From a virus (Duplodnaviria; Caudoviricetes), in the IMG/VR virus record IMGVR_UViG_3300009774_000008, positions 553-64,552 of that record: a stretch of 64,000 nucleotides of DNA; one strand, given 5' to 3'. The position numbers and the translations under genes are program-made. Positions 40,220 to 50,286 of this stretch are shown one piece after another; the stretch's first letter is position 1, and each line of letters starts with the position of its first letter. Below the pieces are notes generated by a model. It ran no database searches. It was not told the DNA's origin and saw only the letters and a program-made list of their open reading frames with translations.

Positions 40220-41751
40220 TATTTAGCCGTCCTTTGACCTGTGGTAGCTTTTGTCGCAGATGCCGACACAGCATACTCAGCTTCTAGGTCTAATGTTACT
40301 CCTGTTTCTGCTAACAAGGATTCCATTTCCTTACTAGCATCCATAACCCAAGGATGATTAGCAGCTATTGTCTTTCCGGAGATAATACCCGCACTGGTAA
40401 AGCAATTTTGGATTGTCTCGGACTCATTAATAATAACATCTGTATTGAAAATGACATTATATTTAACTCGAGTATAATCTTTATTAAACTTTGCTAATAT
40501 ATCCTGCTGGATAAACCAAATGAGTTGCATAAGAGCCCACTCTACTTCAGTACTCCAATCAACACAATCTGAATCTAAATCTCCATACATAAATCTAAGA
40601 GCTACACCCGATGTGTCGTTAATATCTTTATCAGCTGTATTTATTCCTTGACCAAATTCATATATGTCTTTTCTAATTCTATCGAGATGTTTATCTACCT
40701 GCTCTATATTTAATGGCTGCTCGAGAGCTTTAGCATCACCATCACCCTGTACAAAAATAGAACGATACTGATTCTTATTGTGTACAAATTCTTCTTTAGA
40801 AGCTCCGTCATAGTTTTTAATTACAATCATTGAGTTCGGGAAGTCATCTATATTATTAGCAACTCCGCTTGTCTTCTTGTCGTACTCATCAACTAGACTT
40901 TTAATTCTAATCAAAAGACTCTGTTCGTCTGGGTCATACTTAAATGGGATAAAAGGAATGTTCACCCAGTTAACTCCGACATCTTTGAGTTCTTTTTCGT
41001 CATTAGGCATTCTAACCGTAAAGTTATGTGACAAGGCCTGCTTAGTTTCATCAATCTTTAGTACACCGTCCGCATTGTATGCATAATGGTATACACCTTC
41101 ATGAGTATAGTAGTCTACGAATTTAAGCTCCTTCTTGATTCCTCCGATATACTGTTCTACCATATATTTACGAACAACAGCATCTAAAACAGTATGGTCG
41201 CTGTCAGCCCACAATGGAATAACCTCTTCTGGTGCAATACGCTTAAATTTCAAGCTTCCTACTTCGTCATAATAAACTAACAACCAACCGAGACCCTTCA
41301 TGATGGAATCCCTACCAGTATTTTTAATTAGCTTGAAAAAACCTTTGTCGAAATACTCGCCCACAGCTAGGAACATTTTATCCGCTTCTACATCAGCTGC
41401 TTTCTGAGGAGAAAGGATAAATGGTTTCCCCAACATATACCCAATTTTTTGCCTAGTTAACTTCTTGAAAAAATTGTGAGTTAACTTGTTATTAGCGAGA
41501 ACTTTAGACTCCATTAGAATAGCTTGAAGTGATTGTGGGTCTCTTCCAATTACCATTCTCTTTGCTTCTGTTATGTCGTTCTCATTATTATAATACATCT
41601 CCGCAACATCCATATACTTTCTAAATTTACTATTCTCAAATTCCGCAATTATAGTAGTTAGAAAAGCAGTCTGTTCCGAACCGATATTTGAAGACTCTGC
41701 TATCTGCTGTGATACTACCTGAGTCTGACGACCTTCAATAAATGTGTACAA
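40219..41751 (-). CDS. portal protein (SPP1 gp6-like)
   Basis: YYNNENDI, NNKLTHNF, IPFIPF, SGVALRFMY, HPWV. Confidence 0.92.
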   Translation of the reverse strand: MYTFIEGRQTQVVSQQIAESSNIGSEQTAFLTTIIAEFENSKFRKYMDVAEMYYNNENDITEAKRMVIGRDPQSLQAILMESKVLANNKLTHNFFKKLTRQKIGYMLGKPFILSPQKAADVEADKMFLAVGEYFDKGFFKLIKNTGRDSIMKGLGWLLVYYDEVGSLKFKRIAPEEVIPLWADSDHTVLDAVVRKYMVEQYIGGIKKELKFVDYYTHEGVYHYAYNADGVLKIDETKQALSHNFTVRMPNDEKELKDVGVNWVNIPFIPFKYDPDEQSLLIRIKSLVDEYDKKTSGVANNIDDFPNSMIVIKNYDGASKEEFVHNKNQYRSIFVQGDGDAKALEQPLNIEQVDKHLDRIRKDIYEFGQGINTADKDINDTSGVALRFMYGDLDSDCVDWSTEVEWALMQLIWFIQQDILAKFNKDYTRVKYNVIFNTDVIINESETIQNCFTSAGIISGKTIAANHPWVMDASKEMESLLAETGVTLDLEAEYAVSASATKATTGQRTAK

Positions 41752-41821
41752 ATTATCACCCCTCCTTAAAATTTTTAATTATCACCCTTAATTATATAGT
41801 AGTAACCGAGTAAAGTAAAGA

Positions 41822-43087
41822 TTAAAAAGAGAAATTGTTCTGTCCTATTTTTTCGCAAGCATACCTAAACGCATCCATTAGATGGTTGTAATCCTCTATA
41901 GGAACATTTAATACTCTGCCATCTTTATCTTTATCCCATATATAGTTGTTCAGTTCCACTAGCACATTAACACAAGCGGGGTGAACAAATATCTTATAAT
42001 CCTGTAATTTAAGTATACCAGCCCTAACTGAATCTGGACCTTTTTTAGCTGGTCTGATTCTTTGTATGCCAAAAGTTCTAACCTCCTCAATTGATTTTGG
42101 CTCGGAACTATCAGCCACAATCAAATTCTTGTGATGTTGATGCTCTTTTATTCTCTCAGCTATCATTATATTAGTTAGTTTATATTCATAAAATTCATCA
42201 AAAATAAAGATTTGTTTTTCCTTTTCGTTTACCATACATGCAATAAATCCAGTTGGGTCATTTGTGAACCCCCAATCCAGTCCATAAACCTCTTGATATA
42301 TAGGTTTACTGTGTCTGTCTGTGGAATTCCTTAACTCTTGTATATTGAAATCAAGCTCTTGCCAATTTGTAAATACTAGACCCTCTGCAACACCCCAACC
42401 GCCTAATCCTTCTATTTGATATCGACGAGAATTCTTTTTCTTCATTTCTTCGAACACAGCTAAATCCGCTGCATCTAAAAACTCGTTGCACATATAGTTG
42501 GTGGTCAGGCAAAGCAAATTAGTAGTATTACCTTTATCATATTCATCGAAGAATCTTTTCTTCAACCATATGTTCTCTGACCAAGGGTTAAAAGTGAAAG
42601 TAATTTGTTTGAAATAACCTTCAGGTACTTTACCTCTAATAGATAAATCCAGTTTGTTGAATTCTTCTTCATTAGATATTTGGAATGCTTCTTCTATCCA
42701 TACCCAGCAGAGGAAACCGATTTCAACTGTAATAGATGTTATAGACTGAGGGTCATCAAATCCTCTAAATAATACTTTCTGTCCAGTAGGTAAGTAAGTA
42801 AGCTCAAGAGGATTCATAGTAGCTTTCCACGAGCCGCCAACACCTAACTGATTGATAGCCCATTTTAATTGGGCATAAGTACTGTCACGGTGAGTATTAA
42901 AGTATCGTCTAATGACGACTGCGTTTGCTAGTGGGTATTTCATTATATTAGTAATAAGCCAAAAAGCCATAGTACAACTCTTCTTCGACCCTCTACCACC
43001 TTTAAGTACTCGGTATCGACCTTTAAAGTTCCAGAAAGCACCGTACCCATTACCTATCTTATCCGGCAAATATATTTTAGATTTCAT
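41822..43087 (-). CDS. terL: terminase large subunit (PBSX/SPP1-like)
   Basis: KGGRGSKKS Walker A, WIEEA Walker [32 protein letters not shown]. Confidence 0.95.
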   Translation of the reverse strand: MKSKIYLPDKIGNGYGAFWNFKGRYRVLKGGRGSKKSCTMAFWLITNIMKYPLANAVVIRRYFNTHRDSTYAQLKWAINQLGVGGSWKATMNPLELTYLPTGQKVLFRGFDDPQSITSITVEIGFLCWVWIEEAFQISNEEEFNKLDLSIRGKVPEGYFKQITFTFNPWSENIWLKKRFFDEYDKGNTTNLLCLTTNYMCNEFLDAADLAVFEEMKKKNSRRYQIEGLGGWGVAEGLVFTNWQELDFNIQELRNSTDRHSKPIYQEVYGLDWGFTNDPTGFIACMVNEKEKQIFIFDEFYEYKLTNIMIAERIKEHQHHKNLIVADSSEPKSIEEVRTFGIQRIRPAKKGPDSVRAGILKLQDYKIFVHPACVNVLVELNNYIWDKDKDGRVLNVPIEDYNHLMDAFRYACEKIGQNNFSF

Positions 43088-43088
43088 A

Positions 43089-43265
43089 TTATCCCTCTTG
43101 CTGTAATTTTTTTATATTCCCTAATATAGTATTCCAATCAGTCTTTGGCGCTAGCATCATTAGATACCCTCTAAATAAATCCAGGTCGTTATAACCATCA
43201 CATGACCTACCCATAACAGGACACAATATTCTATTAATACAGGAAACACATTTTATTTCTGACAT
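43089..43265 (-). CDS. small Cys-rich hypothetical protein (58 aa)
   Basis: Read by hand: [16 protein letters not shown]...; GAGGGGTG SD; ends just before the terL start. Confidence 0.55.
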   Translation of the reverse strand: MSEIKCVSCINRILCPVMGRSCDGYNDLDLFRGYLMMLAPKTDWNTILGNIKKLQQEG

Positions 43266-43852
43266 ACTCTCTCACCCCTCTCGTCCTTACCCCTAAATAT
43301 ACAATAAGTAACCGCAATTTTTTTGTACTCTTGTTGTACTCTTGTTGTACTCATAATCTTTTATTTCTCGGGGATAGGCGACGCCTATAGTTATATATTA
43401 TATTGAAACGATTACTTTGTAAAGACAACTTCGAGCATAGTCGTATAATTCTTTACTATTTTGTATATACTAATATAGTAATAACACACTATCGAGTCGA
43501 TTGCTTTTGTGAGGCCTAGTGTGGTTTTGAACCCGGTTTCCTTCAACTATTATAAATAACTCTCTACTCTCGGTATTAGTAATTATGAATAATTTCTCTA
43601 ATAATATACTTTCACTTTATCTTGTAATTCCCGTATAGCCATGGTCTTTAGGTCTTTTCCTCTCAGTTTACTATCAAATAACCGAGACCATCTTTATATT
43701 ATGATAAAAAAATAATGACTCGGCCTTTATGGTACAGAATTCGTAATAAACGGTCATCGACAAGTACACCATCGAGTATGGGGACCACCCCCGGGGTACG
43801 AGATCTAGTGGTACTTCGGACACACCATGTAGTGGTGGGTTGAGAGCAAGGA

Positions 43853-44636
43853 TACTATATATAGTACCGAGTAATAACTATACTATATACAGTATATCCA
43901 GCTGTGACACACCACTATATATAGTATATAATAGAGGTACTTCGTATCTGCTACATACGTTTCCCCTATATTTAGTGTTTTTGAAGCTGTTTCTGGTACT
44001 GCTACTCACATCAGTTACCCTTTCTCGCCCGCACAACGGTGAATCACGTATTTATACCCCTTAGCGTGGTTAGTATTGGTTTTCTACTATAAAAATAAGT
44101 AAACGTAGGTATACAGGTGTACAATAGTATAGTAATAGAGACATACAACATATAGTGCTCTACTATGCTGTATCTACTACATCTCGTATAGTAGAGTCGT
44201 ATATGCCACACAGGTACTATATACAGTATGTTTATAGTTTATTCTAGTACTATATATAGTATATATTTATATCTGCTCTTCTGCTCCCCGATTTCTTTGA
44301 TTTCCGGTATTTTATTGTACTGTTTTGGCAGTACTGTAAATCTGTTATTAACAGGGTAGTAACGTACACTGCGCTCCTGCCGTGTTTTGTGTGTAGTTTG
44401 TACTGTATTAGTAGTTATTTCCTTATTACGCCTTTTTGCGGGTAGTTTAGTGTATTGTAGTTATTTAATGTTTTTTTTACTATGTAGTAGTAGTTATACA
44501 GTACACTTTCTCGCCCGCAAAATGGTTTCTGCGCACTTTTCGCGCCTAATCAATATAAACATACCGGGGTAGTAATATAAATTGCTTTTACAACATCTCG
44601 TACCTGAGGTGTCAACAATACCACTATATATAGTGG
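43853..44636. repeat. dispersed palindrome ACTATATATAGT (4 copies) plus variants
   Basis: Copies at about 43853, 43914, 44248 and 44621; variant TACTATATACAGTA at 43881 and 44215. Confidence 0.7.
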
Positions 44637-44672
44637 ATGTAAAAATACTTTGTAATTCTCGGATTATTTTAA

Positions 44673-44703
44673 GAGATATGGCGAGATATGGCGAGATATG
44701 GCG
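44673..44703. repeat. tandem repeat (GAGATATGGC)x3
   Basis: Seen directly. Confidence 0.85.
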
Positions 44704-45353
44704 TAAAATTTAGTTGATAAGTAGGTAGTTTATTGTAAACGTGTTATTTAGTGTTATTTGCATAAATTCTCGGTTATTTGTGGTTGTATTGTAGTACATA
44801 TTAGTCTATCATTAGTAGTGTACTAAGTAGTTAATTAGTACACAGTAATGCTTAGTTAGTACCATCCCTTGTACATTGTCAATTTCATAGTTCGTCCTTA
44901 TGCTCCGTTTATAGTGTGCTTTTCGTAAATACTATAAATCTTGTAAACTAACTTACCAGTTAGTAGGAATTGGGCGGATTATGGTATACTGTGTACTCGT
45001 AGTTAGTTGCCCCTTGTTAGTTGCTGAAGTATTTTTTCAGTACAACAACTCGGAAGCATTGTACATTGAAAACTTAATATTGTAGTCGCCGTTATATAAG
45101 GTGTCATTTTCGCCTGTATAAACTGCCGTTTGTGAAGTTTTTGCTCGTACTACCTCAGATTTTTTCTCGTCCTTCCTTTAGTTGCCGAAGTTTGGCACAA
45201 CATTGGAAGTATTTGTTAAAATACCCGGTAGCAGGGGGCAATTACTACTATCCCAGGCCTATACAGTAGAGATTGGCAAATATGTGTAAAACACAACCTT
45301 AATACCTCAGAAAAACTGAGAGGAAATGGGCGAAGTGGTGTTAGTAACCACTA

Positions 45354-46022
45354 TGAAGTTTTAGGCGTAGCTGAATGTCCATAATTCTTTTCCGAAGCAT
45401 TTTATCAAAATAAAAATTAAAATTTAAAAGGAGACCGATTATTATGACAAACTCAACTATGAACCTTAAGGACATTATTGCAAAGCAGGTAATTACAAGC
45501 AGGACTGGAAGTTTTATAGAATATAACAGTAAGAAGAAATTATCCGCTTCCGGCGTGCTCACCAAAGAACAAGAAGAAGTAATTGCACAGCTTAAAGGTA
45601 CGTTTACTTTCAATATGCATTCTGAAAATCGTTATTTAATTGTAACCATGTACTATAGTGCTACGAAGACTTACGGATTTTTAGTAATAGATTTGACTAC
45701 TTTGGCAGTAGCTGAATCCGAAAGTATAAAAATTGCCAAGAAATTTGTACTAGACCAGATAGAAGAAGACAAAAAAGTAGTTGTACCAGTTATAGAGCAA
45801 GCACTTGAAGAAATTGTAGCAGAAATAAATGCTCAAATTGAAGCAGAACATAATTCCGAAGTACATGAGCAAGAAATAGTAGAAGAAAAGATTGAAGAAA
45901 AAGTAGAAGATGTAGTTGTTGAAAATGTAGTAGCAGAAGTAGTTGTTGAAACAAAGAAAGACAAGAAATCAAAAAAGTAAGACCTTAAGGATTATGGACA
46001 ATCACATACGCCTAAAACTTCA
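45354..46022 (+). repeat. gene-enclosing stem 1 (arms 45354-45389 / 45987-46022)
   Basis: TGAAGTTTTAGGCGTA..TGTCCATAATTCTT pairs with AAGGATTATGGACA..TACGCCTAAAACTTCA. Confidence 0.85.
45444..45980 (+). CDS. hypothetical early protein with acidic C-terminus
   Basis: AGGAG SD; loop of stem 1. Confidence 0.75.
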   Translation: MTNSTMNLKDIIAKQVITSRTGSFIEYNSKKKLSASGVLTKEQEEVIAQLKGTFTFNMHSENRYLIVTMYYSATKTYGFLVIDLTTLAVAESESIKIAKKFVLDQIEEDKKVVVPVIEQALEEIVAEINAQIEAEHNSEVHEQEIVEEKIEEKVEDVVVENVVAEVVVETKKDKKSKK

Positions 46023-46368
46023 AATCTGTCGTCAGTTGTAAACACGCAATCTCCTAATAAGAGAGAGGGCGTGCTTAATAATGAGAGAAGAAACTAATAA
46101 GATGACTATATTACTTGCCGACGAATACATTGATGTGAACGACGTTCAGCATTTGCTGACTGTATTTTCGGGGAATGACCTGAAGAAGTTGAAGTATGGA
46201 ATAACCTTTGAAGTTGACGGAGAACCTAAAGAATGTATAGCCTTGGATAATGGTACTTTTGTATATCAATCCGAAGGTGATAATGTTCGTACGAAGAATT
46301 TTGTAGAAGTATTGAATTATTTATTGTAAGAAGAAGAAGAATTGCGTGTTTACACATGACGACAGATT
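46023..46368 (+). repeat. gene-enclosing stem 2 (46023-46050 / 46341-46368)
   Basis: AATCTGTCGTCA-gt-TGTAAACACGCAAT pairs with ATTGCGTGTTTACA-ca-TGACGACAGATT. Confidence 0.88.
46081..46329 (+). CDS. hypothetical early protein
   Basis: ORF with SD; loop of stem 2. Confidence 0.65.
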   Translation: MREETNKMTILLADEYIDVNDVQHLLTVFSGNDLKKLKYGITFEVDGEPKECIALDNGTFVYQSEGDNVRTKNFVEVLNYLL

Positions 46369-46820
46369 ATTATGCGCAATTGTAATGCTCTCGCTAAAAA
46401 GGAGAAAGAAACTTATGAAATTATTTAAAGTTGAAATTGCCATTTTAGCCCCAGCACAGGACGCCGAAGGGGCCAAAAACCGGTTCATAGACCAATATGA
46501 TTCAACAGAATCCATTGTAGAATCCCTAACTGTACACGAAATTGTACCACATGAGGATTTCATTAAGCTCTTCAGGTTGGGAAGAATTTTAGATAAAATT
46601 GACCAGTTCAGTACTTTTGAGACAATTTCATTGGTAACTGAATATGCTAAATTGTTGGGATATATATTAACGGTGGATGAAGTGTCAGAAGGTATTATAG
46701 CTTGGTGTGAAAGATTAGAGGATATTCCGGACGAAGAATTGGAAGACTGGTTGAATTAGTACAGAAGACAAAACATAGTCAAAATATACATGAGCGAGGG
46801 CATTACACATGCGCATAATA
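46368..46820 (+). repeat. gene-enclosing stem 3 (46368-46395 / 46793-46820)
   Basis: TATTATGCGCA-at-TGTAATGCTCTCGCT pairs with AGCGAGGGCATTACA-ca-TGCGCATAATA (one U.G). Confidence 0.88.
46415..46759 (+). CDS. acidic hypothetical early protein
   Basis: AGGAG SD before MKLFKVE; loop of stem 3. Confidence 0.7.
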   Translation: MKLFKVEIAILAPAQDAEGAKNRFIDQYDSTESIVESLTVHEIVPHEDFIKLFRLGRILDKIDQFSTFETISLVTEYAKLLGYILTVDEVSEGIIAWCERLEDIPDEELEDWLN

Positions 46821-46975
46821 CGAAGAAGTGAAGATTCTATGTATAGCAATGTACCGAGAAGAATTACCTCTTTTAGTGGCGAAAACATTTCTATCTTTGG
46901 TGGGTCATATAAGGGTGAATTGTCTTAAGGAAAAATGCTCTCGGAATGTACGAGAATTAATTAGGAGGATTCACC

Positions 46976-47689
46976 ATGGAATCGAAAAAATACATTGTAA
47001 GAGGCACGTTGAAGGGCCACAAATGGGTAGATAGTGAAACAGAATACATGAATTCCGCAGAATTAGTGGATGATGTAGATGAGATAAAAGAACTGTTTAC
47101 CCAAGACTCGGACGATGAATTGGCACAATATATAGGTGAAAGAGAAACCATTTATGGTTTATTCGACTCTATATATGTAAATGTTGAAATTATCGGCGGT
47201 AAGTTGTATAGCAGAACAGAAATTCTATCCAAGAGAGAATTAACCGAAGAAGACAAAGTTTCTCTATTGTCTTACTTAACTGGTCAGTTTTCAGATGGAT
47301 ACGGCGAAGGATTGGAACAGCATGCTTACAGTAAATTCCGAGAAACAATAGAGTCAGAAGAATGGGACGAAGAAGAACAGGAGTCCTTTACAGAGGAGAA
47401 TGAGATAGATGTTGAATCTTTCCTGCACTTATGGCAACGAGGTGATGAATTTAAGTTGGAATTTATTTCTCCGGAATTAGAAGGAGTAACACCAACTGAA
47501 GTTACTAAACCTAGATGCAAGTTAATTGGTGAGGATGGAAACATATTTAATCTAATTAGTATTGCTAGACGTAAATTAGTGAAAGCAGGTCAGGCAGATA
47601 TAGCAAAAGAGATGGAAGCGAAAGTAAAAAGTAGCAAAAGCTATTCAGAAGCTCTTGGCATTATTTGCGATTATGTAGAAGTATACTAG
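46976..47689 (+). CDS. very acidic hypothetical protein
   Basis: AGGAGG SD; GQFSDGYGEG and C-terminal LIGEDGNIFNLI domains. Confidence 0.75.
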   Translation: MESKKYIVRGTLKGHKWVDSETEYMNSAELVDDVDEIKELFTQDSDDELAQYIGERETIYGLFDSIYVNVEIIGGKLYSRTEILSKRELTEEDKVSLLSYLTGQFSDGYGEGLEQHAYSKFRETIESEEWDEEEQESFTEENEIDVESFLHLWQRGDEFKLEFISPELEGVTPTEVTKPRCKLIGEDGNIFNLISIARRKLVKAGQADIAKEMEAKVKSSKSYSEALGIICDYVEVY

Positions 47690-47702
47690 AGAGGAGAATA
47701 AT

Positions 47703-47888
47703 ATGAAGAAACTAACTGGAAAGCAAAAAGAAATATTACTTAGTTTCGTAATAGAAAAATTAGTGGATGAATTAAATGCTCAAATGGGTGAAACTAATGG
47801 ACCATTGGTTTTGTACGATTCAGAAGTAGAAGAGATTAATGATGCTATAAAACAACTCGGCATCAATACTAAGTTGGAAATAATCTAA
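47703..47888 (+). CDS. small hypothetical protein
   Basis: GAGGAG SD; loop of stem 4. Confidence 0.65.
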   Translation: MKKLTGKQKEILLSFVIEKLVDELNAQMGETNGPLVLYDSEVEEINDAIKQLGINTKLEII

Positions 47889-47976
47889 AGTACATGATAC
47901 AGACAATTCACCTTTATACGACCCACCAAGGATGTTCGACCGCAGACTACAGCACAACCAGAATGAGAGGTTACTT

Positions 47977-48303
47977 ATGAAAAATAAAGATGAAAGACAA
48001 ATCACTCTTGGGGACTGCAGAGACGACATTTTATATGAACTGGGTTATGCTCAATACTTGGAAGAGTCTTTTCCAGATAGCCCTGATACGAAACTAAATC
48101 TATGGCAAAGATTACTAAATAGACATAAGTTTTGCGTATTTGTAAATGCCTGTTATGATTTAATTAGGTGGAAGTTCAACCATCTAATATGTAAGGTTTT
48201 TGGACATAAATGGATAGATGAAAGTTATGGCGGCCCTGAAGGTGGAGGAGAGTTTTTCTGCTGTGATAGATGTGGAAAATCTTTTGGAAACACGCTTTAT
48301 TAA
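47977..48303 (+). CDS. hypothetical protein with C-terminal Zn ribbon
   Basis: GAGAGG SD before MKNKDE; ICKVFGHKW...CDRCG. Confidence 0.7.
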   Translation: MKNKDERQITLGDCRDDILYELGYAQYLEESFPDSPDTKLNLWQRLLNRHKFCVFVNACYDLIRWKFNHLICKVFGHKWIDESYGGPEGGGEFFCCDRCGKSFGNTLY

Positions 48304-48326
48304 ATAATAGGTGGGGGGTCACTATA

Positions 48327-48482
48327 ATGCGTAAACTATTAAAAGGAATTGAGCTTATTTGGATAGTCATTTCAATCTTAATTCTATCTTGGTTCTTTGT
48401 TTCTTGGATTGGTGTTATCAGTTCTAATACAGTTCCTGGTAATTCTATTCCGGCATGGAATGCTTTTAACATATTCCAATAA
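48327..48482 (+). CDS. small membrane protein
   Basis: GGGGG SD before MRKLLK; one TM helix. Confidence 0.6.
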   Translation: MRKLLKGIELIWIVISILILSWFFVSWIGVISSNTVPGNSIPAWNAFNIFQ

Positions 48483-48568
48483 ATTTAGATTGGTTGTGCT
48501 GTAGTATGCGGTCGAACTTGTTCTGATATAATGACACGACAACATAAGATGAAAGGTTGGGTCATTAC

Positions 48569-48817
48569 ATGAAAAAATTAACAAAAGAGAGTTATGAAAA
48601 ATTCCTTGAGGGCTATGGTAGCGACATTAATTCCGAAGGCTATGAAGGCGAGCAGATATACGATTTAGCTCGTTGTGTTATAGACGCAAGAGATTCTGAG
48701 ACAAAAGCTGTCACACAATACCTAAATAGTATTGGAGTTTCAGATGTTCTTGGGAGACTTGCAGATGATATGTCATGTGCTGCTAATAAGTCAAGGAGGA
48801 ATAAAAATGGAAGATAA
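48569..48817 (+). CDS. hypothetical early protein
   Basis: GAAAGG SD before MKKLTK; loop of stem 6. Confidence 0.65.
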   Translation: MKKLTKESYEKFLEGYGSDINSEGYEGEQIYDLARCVIDARDSETKAVTQYLNSIGVSDVLGRLADDMSCAANKSRRNKNGR

Positions 48818-49445
48818 CAGAATGATGGATAAAATTAGAAAGTTGCTTAAACTTTCTGAGAATAATGAAAATGAATCCGAAGCATCTTCTGCTTTGCTTA
48901 AAGCACAGAAGTTGATGTCTGAAAATAATATTTCAATGGATATGTCTAATCCTGAAAAGATTGAGTATGCTTCTCTAGTATGTGAGCATAAATGGGATAT
49001 GGGTTTTAGAAAGCCTTTAGGTACTGTGATTGCGAGGAATTTCCGTTGCAAGATGTATTTGCAATCAAATTCAGTTGTATTTATGGGCCATGCTTTTGAT
49101 GCTCAAGTAGCAAAAGAAGCTTTCGAGTATGCTTATGAGTTTGCATTAAAAGAAGGAAACAAGCATTATAATAAAGCATATTCAATGGGAATTGAAACTA
49201 GGGGTGTATTTAACTCTTATGTACTAGGCTTTATTAAAGGAATAGACCATAAGTTCTCAGAACAGTCAGTAGCTTTAATGATTATTATCCCTCCCGATGT
49301 AGAATCAACATTTACAACGATGACGGAAAAATGGAAAACGTCAAAGGGTGGGATGCGACAAGGAAATTTTAATATCAATGCTTATACAGAAGGAATGCAA
49401 GACGGCAAGACCATAATGAACGGAAGAAGAATAGCTAGCAAATAA
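48807..49445 (+). CDS. DUF2786-family protein
   Basis: DKIRKLLKLSE.NENESEASSALLKAQKLM N-terminal motif; NSYVLGF; GGAGG SD. Confidence 0.8.
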   Translation: MEDNRMMDKIRKLLKLSENNENESEASSALLKAQKLMSENNISMDMSNPEKIEYASLVCEHKWDMGFRKPLGTVIARNFRCKMYLQSNSVVFMGHAFDAQVAKEAFEYAYEFALKEGNKHYNKAYSMGIETRGVFNSYVLGFIKGIDHKFSEQSVALMIIIPPDVESTFTTMTEKWKTSKGGMRQGNFNINAYTEGMQDGKTIMNGRRIASK

Positions 49446-49557
49446 TAAAAATAGGTCGTGTCATTATATCAGAACAAGATAAGAGATGAAACTAACACCA
49501 CTAATTATCTAGGTGCTTATTAGAACATGGTGTGCCTTACATTAGGAGGAAATTAGT

Positions 49558-49764
49558 ATGGAAAAACAATTTAATCTGACCGATTTCTATAACACATATG
49601 CCCAAAGATGGGACTATATATGGGATAATGTAGAATTGGGTTTATGCTACTATGCCGATGACAAGATGTTTTATGTTTTCGACAAAACAAAAGATGATAA
49701 CATATGTGAAACCAATGATTTCAACCACGCAATTAAAATATTAAATGGAGGATTAACACTATGA
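49558..49764 (+). CDS. small hypothetical protein
   Basis: AGGAGG SD; loop of stem 7. Confidence 0.7.
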   Translation: MEKQFNLTDFYNTYAQRWDYIWDNVELGLCYYADDKMFYVFDKTKDDNICETNDFNHAIKILNGGLTL

Positions 49765-50027
49765 GCGAAAAGTACACTGAAACAGAGAGAGAACTAATAA
49801 TGCTAATATTAGATGCATCCGAGAATTGCAGTCCTACGAAACTAAGTATTAACCATACCACAGAAACCGGTCAAGTTAGAAAAGGTATTGTTATTACTGA
49901 AGCCTGTGGTGCAATTATCGATAAGATAGTAAAAAGTCCTTTGGTTATGACTACTTATCTAACTCCTAAGGGGCTTCACGTAACTTGCCACCAGAAAGGT
50001 GAAAGAAAGTCTGTGGGTTGCATATGA
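49761..50027 (+). CDS. hypothetical protein
   Basis: GGAGG SD; ATGA overlap with the upstream gene. Confidence 0.7.
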   Translation: MSEKYTETERELIMLILDASENCSPTKLSINHTTETGQVRKGIVITEACGAIIDKIVKSPLVMTTYLTPKGLHVTCHQKGERKSVGCI

Positions 50028-50245
50028 TTAAGAGTGTGTTTAGTATGAATGCAAATGAGTGCTTTGCTATAATGGCAATACAAGAAGCGATGGGAACAGT
50101 TCCTACCCAAGTAAATGGGTTAGACATGCTCACACCAGAAGAAATTAAAGAGATTAAAGAAATAGCTTATAAATTCTGTGTAAAGATGATGAATGAATCA
50201 TTTAGAGTACAAGAGTCAGCCATTAGTCAGTTCTGGGGAATATAA
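50018..50245 (+). CDS. hypothetical protein
   Basis: Overlap-coupled ORF ending just before the 3' arm of stem 7. Confidence 0.6.
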   Translation: MHMIKSVFSMNANECFAIMAIQEAMGTVPTQVNGLDMLTPEEIKEIKEIAYKFCVKMMNESFRVQESAISQFWGI

Positions 50246-50286
50246 CATAATCAGCACACCATGTTGCAATAAGCATCTAGATAATA

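Larger units (their letters stand above)
46893..47933 (+). repeat. gene-enclosing stem 4 (46893-46925 / 47901-47933)
   Basis: ATCTTTGGTGGGTCATATAAGGGTGAATTGTCT pairs with AGACAATTCACCTTTATACGACCCACCAAGGAT (2 G.U, 1 A.C). Confidence 0.88.
47934..48517 (+). repeat. gene-enclosing stem 5 (47934-47960 / 48491-48517)
   Basis: GTTCGACCGCA-g-ACTACAGCACAACCA pairs with TGGTTGTGCTGTAGT-a-TGCGGTCGAAC. Confidence 0.9.
48517..49478 (+). repeat. gene-enclosing stem 6 (48517-48540 / 49455-49478), perfect 24 bp
   Basis: CTTGTTCTGATATAATGACACGAC / GTCGTGTCATTATATCAGAACAAG. Confidence 0.92.
49504..50285 (+). repeat. gene-enclosing stem 7 (49504-49535 / 50254-50285)
   Basis: ATTATCTAGGTGCTTATT-ag-AACATGGTGTGC pairs with GCACACCATGTT-gc-AATAAGCATCTAGATAAT (one G.U). 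Confidence 0.88.

Noticed and set aside
2364-42912. Many plus-strand ORFs of 60-140 aa overlapping minus-strand genes
   Set aside because: Antisense shadows of well-supported genes, with no SD or recognisable motifs
43840-44572. ORFs 43840-44064 and 44387-44572
   Set aside because: No SD, TTG starts, and composition driven by TA-rich palindromes
43320-44703. Short repeats as a CRISPR array, given the Cas4-like gene
   Set aside because: Repeats are 8-14 bp, tandem or irregularly spaced, with no repeat-spacer periodicity; Cas4-like nucleases are common stand-alone phage genes
43266-45440. tRNA genes in the long intergenic region
   Set aside because: No cloverleaf with a GTTCRA T-loop and matching acceptor stem was recognised by eye; tRNAscan-SE would be decisive
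46828-47034. 68 aa plus-strand ORF crossing the 5' arm of stem 4
   Set aside because: Weak start, and overlaps out of frame with the SD-supported gene at 46976; probably spurious
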